Assembly (NCBI GenBank): GCA_905210545.1
Contig: CAJLXC010000001.1
Coordinates: forward strand, 1 to 51,371
From: an uncultured Eubacteriales bacterium
Lineage (GTDB): Bacteria > Bacillota > Clostridia > Christensenellales > Borkfalkiaceae
DNA length: 51,371 nucleotides
Direction of reading: 5' to 3'
How positions within the stretch are numbered: the first letter of the stretch is position 1; each line of letters opens with the position of its first letter. Shown here piece by piece: positions 40,424 to 47,680 of the stretch. A program made the translations under genes and the position numbers. The notes beneath the pieces are model-generated. The model saw only the letters and a program-made list of their open reading frames with translations, was not told the DNA's origin and searched no databases.

Positions 40424-41446
40424 TCAGTCGATATAAATTTTCTCGGCGCGAACCGCAGCCTTAGTCAGTATTTCGTAGCTTATCGTGCCGTAACTTTCCG
40501 CAAGCCGATCCGCATCGGATAAAACGTTTATGAATTTAGTTCCGCGCGCAACGCCCGTATAAGCGGAAACGTCCATGCAGCGATTATTATAAATTCCGTA
40601 AATTTCGTTTCTCGGCAAACCGTCAGCATAGCCGTACCTTATCAGTGTCAGGTTTTCGGGTTTTTGCGCGGGTTTACTCCCGTACAACGCCGCCTCGCCC
40701 GTTTTTATCGAGCGTTCTCCTGTTATGGGCGCGTAAATACGCATTGCGGGAATAACGGAAATCCGATCGGTTTCAAACGGTTTATAACCGTATAAAAGAA
40801 TCCCTATACGTACCATATCGAAGTATTCGCCCATAAGCATTCCGCCGCTTGCCGACGCGTGCGCGATTACGTTATTATTATACCCCTTAACGAGATTATT
40901 TGCAAGTAAAAATTTGTCGGTGGCTTTTTTTCTCATCGAATCGTTCTCCGGACAAGCGTAATGCGTGTATACCCCGCTTATCGCCACCCGCCCGCATTTA
41001 TCTATCGTTTCTAAAATTCGTTTAAGCTCTTCAGCGTCGTCAACGCCCTGCCTGTTCATACCCGTGTTTATTTTTACGTGAACGCGGACGGCGGTATCTT
41101 CCTTTTTTGCAGCTTCGTTTAACATAATAACGTCGCCGACTTTATAAACCGTTGCGGTTAAATCGTAACGCGCTATAGCGTCCGCATCGGTTGTCCCTAT
41201 AGGACTGTTTAATACGAGAATTTCTTTGTCGATTCCGGATAACCTTAACGCGACGGCTTCTTCCACGAGCGCAACGGCAAAACAATCGACAATCGGATAC
41301 AGGGCGTTTGCGACTTTTTCCGCGCCATGCCCGTAAGCGTTTGCCTTAACGACGGCGCAGAACTTTGTTTTTCGGGGTAAAAGCTTTTTTACGGATAGCG
41401 CGTTTTGTCTTATTGCGTTTAAGTCGATGATTGCTTTATTTAACAT
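40424..41446 (-). CDS. alr: Alanine racemase
   Basis: PLP-lysine motif AVVKANAYGHG and full-length fold pattern. Start trimmed to MLNKAIIDL; the ORF track begins at 41482. Confidence 0.92.
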   Translation of the reverse strand: MLNKAIIDLNAIRQNALSVKKLLPRKTKFCAVVKANAYGHGAEKVANALYPIVDCFAVALVEEAVALRLSGIDKEILVLNSPIGTTDADAIARYDLTATVYKVGDVIMLNEAAKKEDTAVRVHVKINTGMNRQGVDDAEELKRILETIDKCGRVAISGVYTHYACPENDSMRKKATDKFLLANNLVKGYNNNVIAHASASGGMLMGEYFDMVRIGILLYGYKPFETDRISVIPAMRIYAPITGERSIKTGEAALYGSKPAQKPENLTLIRYGYADGLPRNEIYGIYNNRCMDVSAYTGVARGTKFINVLSDADRLAESYGTISYEILTKAAVRAEKIYID

Positions 41447-41471
41447 ACTCATAAATATGCGTAACGAGCAG

Positions 41472-41562
41472 AAGATTGCCACGGGGTTTTATCCGTGTGT
41501 TGAATTGAATGAGATTGCAACGGTGTTTTATCCGTGCGTTGAATTGAATGAGATTGCCACGG
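41472..41562 (+). repeat. 39-bp tandem repeat, 2 full units plus the start of a third
   Basis: Unit (G/A)AGATTGC(C/A)ACGG(G/T)GTTTTATCCGTG(T/C)GTTGAATTGAAT at 41472-41510 and 41511-41549. A third copy starts at 41550 but diverges after GAGATTGCCACGG. Confidence 0.85.
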
Positions 41563-41790
41563 CTTTTTACAAAAGCCTCGCAATGACACGTACCCGCGGG
41601 CGAGATTGCGCTGCATTATAGAAAAGGAGATTCCCGCGTCGCTGCGCTCCTCGGAATGACAAAATGGGGTGCGGCGAAAACGCCTGACGCCGGAACGACA
41701 ATATGGGGTGGGTGCAACATCGCCTGCCGCAGGAATGACGGTGCGGTGCGTTTTTCCCGCCGAAACACAGCATCTGCAAACACTTTCTTA
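41550..41790. repeat. Intergenic block of the dispersed repeat family (three GGAATGAC/GGAACGAC units in reverse orientation)
   Basis: GAGATTGCCACGGCTTTTTACAAAAGCC matches 38762-38791. 41621-41745 is the inverted homologue of 39607-39700. Confidence 0.8.
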
Positions 41791-41990
41791 GACGGGATAA
41801 AAAAATTTATTTATTCAATATTGTTTTTTTTATAGGGTTTTATAAAGTTTTTTACAGTTTTTAACAGTTTTTTCCCGCAATTTTGCGAAGAACTTAAAAG
41901 TACGGACTTAATCATCCGTTTATTTTTGTATAATAAAAAGAAATACATTATTTGTCCGTTTACGGCGATAATAAAAGAGGATCTTCTTTT

Positions 41991-42212
41991 ATGAATATGA
42001 AAGACTTACCGGTAGACCACGTACTCGATATTCTTATTCGCGTTTTAATTCAACGTATTGACGAATTGAAAGACTATAAAGACGTTGAAGGACAAAAATT
42101 CCAGTACGGCGAAAGACTTGCCTACACCGAGTGTCTCGAATGCGTTCAGCTTTGGGAAAAAGCCAAAGAACACGGACTTAATTTCGAAATAGAAGACGTT
42201 TATCCGTTATAA
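41991..42212 (+). CDS. Small hypothetical protein (73 aa)
   Basis: AAGAGGA RBS 9 nt before ATG 41991, with an extended -10 (TGTATAAT) about 60 nt upstream. Host-like low G+C. No family recognised. Confidence 0.5.
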   Translation: MNMKDLPVDHVLDILIRVLIQRIDELKDYKDVEGQKFQYGERLAYTECLECVQLWEKAKEHGLNFEIEDVYPL

Positions 42213-42281
42213 CCCGCAATCCCCTATGATTGACGCGATTTGTCTGAAATAGAAAATCGCCAGTAAAATACTGACGATTTC

Positions 42282-42358
42282 TGGTGCGCCATAAGGGAGT
42301 CGAACCCCTAACCTCAGGTTCCGTAGACCTGCGCTCTATCCAATTGCGCTAATGGCGC
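42282..42358 (-). tRNA. tRNA-Arg (anticodon ACG)
   Basis: 77 nt with acceptor GCGCCAT/ATGGCGC, anticodon loop CTACGGA, T-arm AGGGG-TTCGACT-CCCTT and encoded CCA. Confidence 0.9.
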
Positions 42359-42432
42359 GTGTTCGATTTTTTCACGCTATCCGATTGAAAACCGAAGACG
42401 CATAAAACACTATCCTGTCAAACAGCTTATTT

Positions 42433-42461
42433 ATTTTATATCTTTTAATCGGTTTTGTCAA
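42433..42461 (-). promoter_or_regulatory. Consensus-like sigma-A promoter upstream of tRNA-Arg
   Basis: On the minus strand: TTGACA, a 17-nt spacer, then TAAAAT, about 75 nt upstream of the tRNA 5' end. Confidence 0.55.
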
Positions 42462-42533
42462 CCGTTATTACTAAAATTAACAAAACATTTAAATATTTTC
42501 GGCTCGGCGGAGAACAGAAAAGAGTTTTATAAT

Positions 42534-42599
42534 ATGTGCGAAAGGTAAAAGCCTCAACAACACACCTAAATGTGCGTAAGGTTATTGCCTTTCGCACAT
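42534..42599. promoter_or_regulatory. Three copies of a 12-nt operator-like motif, ATGTGCG(A/T)AAGG
   Basis: Direct copies at 42534-42545 and 42570-42581, and an inverted copy (CCTTTCGCACAT) at 42588-42599. A TATAAT hexamer lies at 42528-42533. Confidence 0.45.
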
Positions 42600-42896
42600 T
42601 ATTTTTTTTGGCCGAAAAACGGAAAGGAGGGAAACCTTATCACTTGCAAATATTTTACCTATGAGGATAGGAAACATTTTGAGGAACAATACAACGCAGG
42701 TGCAGCCCTGCCGGATATTGCGGACACACTCGGCGTGCATATCAGCACGATTTACCGAGAACTTAACCGAGGCAGCACAGGAGAGATTGATGCCAACGGC
42801 CGTGCCGGGTACGATGCGGAGCTTGCACAAAAAACAATGCTGGAAAGCCTTAAGAGGCGAGGCAAAAGACAAGGAGGCGTAAAACAAAATGAATGA
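42570..42896 (+). CDS. Stand-alone IS30-like N-terminal HTH domain protein (phage regulator); start codon uncertain
   Basis: FTYEDRKHFEEQYNAGAALPDIADTLGVHISTIYRELNRGS...YDAELAQ matches the IS30-transposase HTH pattern. A strong RBS at 42623-42631 lies inside the called ORF. Confidence 0.7.
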   Translation: MCVRLLPFAHYFFWPKNGKEGNLITCKYFTYEDRKHFEEQYNAGAALPDIADTLGVHISTIYRELNRGSTGEIDANGRAGYDAELAQKTMLESLKRRGKRQGGVKQNE

Positions 42897-43620
42897 GCTG
42901 CAAACATTCAGCAATGCGGAGTTTGGCGAAATACGCTCAATTACCATTGAAAACATCCCCTATTTTGTAGGCAGGGATGTGGCAAGCATTTTGGGCTACG
43001 CCAACACAAGGGATGCCCTGGCAAAGAGGGTTGACAGCGAGGATAAGCTAACGGGGGTAGCAATTTGCGACACCAACGGCAGAGAAACAAAGCCGGTACT
43101 TATAAACGAAAGCGGTTTATACGGCTTGATACTTACAAGCAAGCTGCCATCCGCAAAAGAGTTTAAGCGGTGGGTTACATCAAGCGTTTTGCCTATGATA
43201 CGCAAAACGGGCGTGTATTCAGCCGGTATGGCTTTGAAAAACGATGACACCGTTGCGCCGATGAGGTTACTTTCCCCGGATGATTACCTTTCGGCTGCCA
43301 GACTTATTGCCACTTGCAAGAGTGAACGGCTGGGCATCGTGCTTGCGCTTTTATCAAAAGGCGGTTGGGATATTCCCCAGATCGCAACCGGTGCATCCGT
43401 AAGACCGGACACCTCCGACATTGCCGAAAGAATTACACGGGTAAAAGCCAAAACGGGCATAAGACTGCAAGAGCTCGGAAAAATAAGCGGCATAAGTGTT
43501 GAGGTTTTGCGCTCTTATGAAACCGGGCGGCGTTTTCCAAAGCAAGAAAGGTACACCTCCCTCGTAATGCTGTTAAACAGCCTTGAGGAAACGGCCGAAA
43601 AGGAGGATGGCGAACAATGA
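42889..43620 (+). CDS. Bro-N domain antirepressor-like protein with a C-terminal XRE-type HTH
   Basis: Bro-N pattern (FSNAEFGEIRSITIENIPYFVGRDVASILGY...ESGLYGLILTSKLPSAKEFKRWVT). The C-terminus reads RLQELGKISGISVEVLRSYETGRRFP. Confidence 0.85.
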   Translation: MNELQTFSNAEFGEIRSITIENIPYFVGRDVASILGYANTRDALAKRVDSEDKLTGVAICDTNGRETKPVLINESGLYGLILTSKLPSAKEFKRWVTSSVLPMIRKTGVYSAGMALKNDDTVAPMRLLSPDDYLSAARLIATCKSERLGIVLALLSKGGWDIPQIATGASVRPDTSDIAERITRVKAKTGIRLQELGKISGISVEVLRSYETGRRFPKQERYTSLVMLLNSLEETAEKEDGEQ

Positions 43621-44315
43621 CACCAGAACAACAGAGAGCCAAAGAGCGTAAACTTGCCGACATAAGGAAACGAAAAATAAGACAGCGTAACAACCGTATT
43701 GCGTGGCTCGTAATTATCGGCATTGTGCTTGTAATATTTGCCCTCGGCACGCTCTTTGGGTATCACCTTACAAGCCACACACCCGCCGGACAAGCTGACA
43801 TAACGGAAAGCACACAGATTGCTGCCAAGATCCGTGCGGATGAGCCCACAGCAAAAGTAATTGAGCTCACAAGCACCGCAGAAACCCCAAAAGGTGTGCC
43901 GGGGCTGTCGCTTGATTATGACTTGCAAAAAGTAATGTATGAAAGCTGCCAAAAGTATGATGTACCTTTTGCCCTGGCTTTGGCCGTGGCAGAAAAAGAA
44001 AGCGGCTTTAACCTGGATGCCGAAAGCAGGACAGACGATCACGGCATTATGCAGATTAACCGCTGTAATTTTGAGTACCTGCGTAACAAGGGCATTGATC
44101 CCCTTACCTATGAGGGAAACATTGAGGCCGGCGTAATGCTCCTCGGTGAAAACCTAACCCGTTACGGTGATGAGGGGCTGGCGGTTATGGCATATAACTG
44201 CGGCCGCACCGGGGCAAAAAGGCTTTGGGATGCCGGTGTATACAGTACATCGTACTCAAGAGCCATTATGGAGCTATACGAAAAGTGGCTCGGAGTGCTG
44301 GAGGTACAGCAGTAA
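43617..44315 (+). CDS. Membrane-anchored lytic transglycosylase (SLT domain)
   Basis: Basic N-terminus plus a TM helix. SLT motifs AVAEKESGFN (catalytic Glu), GIMQIN and AYNCG. Confidence 0.85.
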   Translation: MTPEQQRAKERKLADIRKRKIRQRNNRIAWLVIIGIVLVIFALGTLFGYHLTSHTPAGQADITESTQIAAKIRADEPTAKVIELTSTAETPKGVPGLSLDYDLQKVMYESCQKYDVPFALALAVAEKESGFNLDAESRTDDHGIMQINRCNFEYLRNKGIDPLTYEGNIEAGVMLLGENLTRYGDEGLAVMAYNCGRTGAKRLWDAGVYSTSYSRAIMELYEKWLGVLEVQQ

Positions 44316-44497
44316 TGGCTTATTACCACACCTGCCCGGATTGCGGTGCAAACCTCGATCCCGGCGAAAAATGCGACTGTCAAACAAATAAAATTTACAT
44401 AACCAAGGAGGCTAACACCAATGTTAGAAATGAAAGTAACGATCACGGCTGCCACAGACCTTATGGCGGTGCTCAACAACATTGCCGCCGCACTTGA
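44315..44497 (+). CDS. Small zinc-ribbon-like protein
   Basis: TAATG overlap with the upstream gene. MAYYHTCPDCGANLDPGEKCDC carries CxxC...CxC. The 3' 77 nt overlap the next, well RBS-led gene. Confidence 0.45.
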   Translation: MAYYHTCPDCGANLDPGEKCDCQTNKIYITKEANTNVRNESNDHGCHRPYGGAQQHCRRT

Positions 44498-44972
44498 CGG
44501 CAAAAACCCGCACACCGTTTGTAACCAGTTTGGCGCAGACAACAAGCACATTGACAATGTGGGCACCATCAATATGGGCGTTGGCGCTAACGCACAGCCC
44601 GCAACACCTACGGCACCGGTAAACCCTACCCCTGCACCGGTAGCGGCACCCGCACAGGCACCTGGTGCACCTTTGAGTGCGACACCTGCCCAGACGGCAA
44701 CCCCGATTGCCCCCACGGTCCCTGTTGCCACGCCTGCTCCCGCCGTAACACCTGCGGCTAATGTGGCACCGGCTCCCGCCGTTCCGACCTCTGCACCGCA
44801 GTACACGCTTGATATGATTGCAACCGCAGGCTCGGCGCTTATTGATGCCGGAAAGATGGATCAGCTTATGGGGCTGCTCGGCAAGTTTGGCGTGGCAAGC
44901 CTTACAGAACTTGCACCCGAAAGCTACGGAGCCATTGCAAACGAATTAAGAGCCCTGGGCGCAGCGATTTAA
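44421..44972 (+). CDS. Hypothetical phage protein with a long Pro/Ala/Thr-rich linker
   Basis: AAGGAGG RBS. Globular N- and C-terminal segments are joined by about 75 aa of low-complexity PA(T/V) repeats. Confidence 0.7.
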   Translation: MLEMKVTITAATDLMAVLNNIAAALDGKNPHTVCNQFGADNKHIDNVGTINMGVGANAQPATPTAPVNPTPAPVAAPAQAPGAPLSATPAQTATPIAPTVPVATPAPAVTPAANVAPAPAVPTSAPQYTLDMIATAGSALIDAGKMDQLMGLLGKFGVASLTELAPESYGAIANELRALGAAI

Positions 44973-44984
44973 GGAGGGATAACA

Positions 44985-46190
44985 ATGCCAACACCGGAAA
45001 AACACGCTCTGCTGTCGGCATCCTCCGCAGCCCGTTGGCTGCATTGCACCGCCGCCCCTCGCTTTGAGGAGCAATTCCCGGAAAATACATCGGAATATGC
45101 GGAGGAGGGCCGCCTGGCTCACGCTATTTGTGAGCTGAAAGTTATTAAACACTTTACCACGCAGATTAAGCCACGCACTTATACCACGAGGCTTAAAAAA
45201 CTGAAAGAAAACCCACTTTACCAGGACGAGATGGACAAAACCTCGGATCTGTACCTGGAGCACCTTACCGAAAAGGCTATGCAGTATAACGCAAAGCCGA
45301 ATGTGGCCGCCGAGGTGCAGGTTGATTTTGCCGAATATGTACCGGAGGGCTTTGGCACCTGCGATTGCATTATGATTGGCGGTGATACCTTGAGCATTAC
45401 CGACTACAAGCACGGTAAGGGCGTGCCCGTATCGGCCGAAAACAACCCGCAAATGCGTTTGTATGCCCTCGGTGCCTTAAAACGGTACAAGCCCGTTTAT
45501 GGCGGCAGCATCAAAAAGGTTTGTATGACGATAGACCAGCCCCGCATCCAGACGGAGCCAAGCAGCGAAACCATAACGGTTGAGGAGCTGCTTGCCTGGG
45601 GTGAAAGCATTAAACCCGTTGCCGCAAAGGCTTATATGGGGCTTGGGGCATTTTGCCCCGGTGAGCATTGCCGCTTTTGCCGAGGCAAAGCGAAATGCAA
45701 AGCCCGTGCAGACCAAAACACCGCACTTGAGGAATTTAAGGACTGCGTACCGCAGAACGCTGAAAAGCCGCCCCTCTTTGGGCAGGGCGTGCTTACGGAT
45801 GCCGAAATTGGCGATCTGCTTGTAAGAGGCCAGGAGCTTGTAAAGTGGTACAAGGATCTTGAGGAATATGCCCTCGGCACTATTCTCAAAGGTGGTACAA
45901 TTCCCGGCTGGAAAGCCGTTGCAGGCAGGAGCAACCGCACCTTTACAGATACGGAGGCCGCCCTTAACGCCGCTATGGCTGCCGGGTATGATAAATCACT
46001 CTTATATGACCTCAAGCCTAAAACGCTTACGGAGCTTGAGAAACTTATGGGCAAAACCGAATTTGCGGACAAGCTCGGCAGCTTTGTGGTAAAGCCCATC
46101 GGGAAACCCACCCTTGCATTGCTTACGGATAAACGGGAGGCTTACAACCCTGCCGCCGCAGACTTTGCGGAGGTGGTAAACGATGGCTGA
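44985..46190 (+). CDS. DUF2800-family PD-(D/E)XK (Cas4-like) nuclease
   Basis: N-terminus HALLSASSAARWLHC, nuclease motif DCIMIGGDTLSITDYKHGKG and a C-terminal Cys cluster CPGEHCRFCRGKAKC. Confidence 0.88.
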   Translation: MPTPEKHALLSASSAARWLHCTAAPRFEEQFPENTSEYAEEGRLAHAICELKVIKHFTTQIKPRTYTTRLKKLKENPLYQDEMDKTSDLYLEHLTEKAMQYNAKPNVAAEVQVDFAEYVPEGFGTCDCIMIGGDTLSITDYKHGKGVPVSAENNPQMRLYALGALKRYKPVYGGSIKKVCMTIDQPRIQTEPSSETITVEELLAWGESIKPVAAKAYMGLGAFCPGEHCRFCRGKAKCKARADQNTALEEFKDCVPQNAEKPPLFGQGVLTDAEIGDLLVRGQELVKWYKDLEEYALGTILKGGTIPGWKAVAGRSNRTFTDTEAALNAAMAAGYDKSLLYDLKPKTLTELEKLMGKTEFADKLGSFVVKPIGKPTLALLTDKREAYNPAAADFAEVVNDG

Positions 46191-46515
46191 AACGGTTTAT
46201 TTGCTTGATGGCACAATGGAGGTTGTGCTGACCGAAAAGGATGTTTTTATTGATCGTCTTGTTCGTGAAAAGCTCGGTAACGATGCCGCCCGGTTTATTT
46301 CCGACTACATAGAGGAAATTGCAGAGGATGCAAAGTACACAGAGGAGGCACGGCAGGAGGCCGAAAGAACAGCTGATGGCTACCTCGCCCTCTGCCAGGG
46401 TGCCCTCGCTGCGTTAAGTGAATTAAAGGATCTTACGCACGAGGCACGCCTTGACAGGGCGAAAATTCAAAAAATTGTTGATGGTGCATACAGAGAACTG
46501 TACCACAACTTATAA
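46183..46515 (+). CDS. Hypothetical phage protein
   Basis: 110 aa, acidic and helical. ATGG overlap coupling with the DUF2800 gene. No family recognised. Confidence 0.6.
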   Translation: MAETVYLLDGTMEVVLTEKDVFIDRLVREKLGNDAARFISDYIEEIAEDAKYTEEARQEAERTADGYLALCQGALAALSELKDLTHEARLDRAKIQKIVDGAYRELYHNL

Positions 46516-46575
46516 AAACAAGGAGGCAAACAACAATGTTTAACGAAAATAAACCCCCCCCGTGGACTTGAGGAA

Positions 46576-46878
46576 ATGAAAGCCCGCAACCAAGCCAGCA
46601 ATATGCTGGCAGATATGTTAGCCGAAATAATGCTTGAAAGCAACGCACCGGAGGAAATAAAGCTCGGCGTGCGTATCATTCAGCAGGGCAAAAAGGTTAG
46701 CAAAGCCGCACACGAAATTGCAGAGGCGTTTGCCGGTGATCCTGCCACTATTAAAGCAAGCGACACCGAAACCCTCAAGCAAGTGCTTGAGTACCTCGGC
46801 TTGGTAGAGGTAGGGCTCAAGCAGTTTATGGAAACAGCCAAGGCACCAAATGCAAACAATGCACCGAATGAAATTTAA
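46576..46878 (+). CDS. Hypothetical phage protein; 5' end probably displaced by a poly-C frameshift
   Basis: 100-aa ORF. A strong AGGAGG plus ATG at 46536 is in the -1-nt register and is separated from this ORF only by a C8 tract (46554-46561). Confidence 0.6.
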   Translation: MKARNQASNMLADMLAEIMLESNAPEEIKLGVRIIQQGKKVSKAAHEIAEAFAGDPATIKASDTETLKQVLEYLGLVEVGLKQFMETAKAPNANNAPNEI

Positions 46879-46901
46879 TGTAATAAAGGAGTTTAAGAAT
46901 T

Positions 46902-47642
46902 ATGTACCAGAACATTGCAACTAAGGTATTAACCGGCGAGGTTAGGCTTTCCTATGTCAATCTCGTTACACCTCGCGCACCCCAGCAGGGCGGTGAGCCC
47001 AAGTACAGCGCTACGCTGCTTATCCCAAAGACCGATGCCGCAACCATTGCCAACATCAACGCCTCTATTAAGGCGGCGTATGAGGACGGCGTAAGCAAGA
47101 AATGGGGCGGCGCACACCCCACACCCAAGCAGATTGTGCACGATGGTGACGGGCTCCGTCCGTCCGGCTTGCCGTTTGGCGATGAGTGCAAAGGGCATTG
47201 GGTATTGACCGCCAGCACCAAGAGTAAGCCGCAGGTTGTCGGCATTGACAACCTCGATTGTGAGCTTGCCCCCTCGGATATTTACAGCGGTATGTATGCC
47301 CGTGTAACTATTAACTTCTTCACCTATGACACGGCAGGCAGCAAGGGCGTGGGCTGTGGCCTCGGTAATGTGCTCAAAACCCGTGACGGTGAGGCTCTTG
47401 CCGGTGGTGCATCCGCAGCCAGCGACTTTGAGGGGCTCGGCCAGAGCTTTACTGCACAGCCGGCCGCTGTTCCCGGTTATCCGCAGGCACAGCCTGCTGC
47501 TCCGGCTTATCAGCCGCAGTATAACCCCGTTACACCCCAGCAGGCAGCACCGCAGGCATACGCTGCTCCGCAGCCCCAGGCGGCACCTGCACAGCCGCAG
47601 AGCCGCCCGGCGGTAAACCCGATTACCGGACAGCCCTGGTAA
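46902..47642 (+). CDS. DUF2815-family phage protein (SSB-like fold) with a Gln/Pro/Ala-rich tail
   Basis: KVLTGEVRLSYVNLVTPRAP..GGEPKYSATLLIPK and YARVTINFFTYDTAGSKGVGCGLGNV match the DUF2815 pattern. Located between the DUF2800 and polymerase genes. Confidence 0.85.
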   Translation: MYQNIATKVLTGEVRLSYVNLVTPRAPQQGGEPKYSATLLIPKTDAATIANINASIKAAYEDGVSKKWGGAHPTPKQIVHDGDGLRPSGLPFGDECKGHWVLTASTKSKPQVVGIDNLDCELAPSDIYSGMYARVTINFFTYDTAGSKGVGCGLGNVLKTRDGEALAGGASAASDFEGLGQSFTAQPAAVPGYPQAQPAAPAYQPQYNPVTPQQAAPQAYAAPQPQAAPAQPQSRPAVNPITGQPW

Positions 47643-47680
47643 TATCACACCGAAAAATTACGAAAAGGAGGTAAAAGAGT

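Noticed and set aside
41472-41790. Whether the tandem 39-bp units and ~40-nt GTCATTCC units form a CRISPR array.
   Set aside because: The units are contiguous with no unique ~30-nt spacers, and there are only 2-3 copies. The same words are dispersed at other loci, and no cas genes are present. The ORFs 41567..41779 and 38805..39035 are translations of repeats.
42282-42358. tRNA-Arg as the integration site of the phage-like element.
   Set aside because: The tRNA is complete, and its 3' end faces away from the element. Its own promoter (42433-42461) lies between it and the compositional junction. No duplicate of the tRNA 3' end was seen in the window.
44162-44806. A 214-aa Gly/Ala/Val-rich minus-strand ORF, and the 239-aa ORF at 46929..47648.
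   Set aside because: They are mirror images of the Pro/Ala-rich and Gln/Pro/Ala-rich coding segments on the + strand. The + strand genes have RBSs and family motifs.
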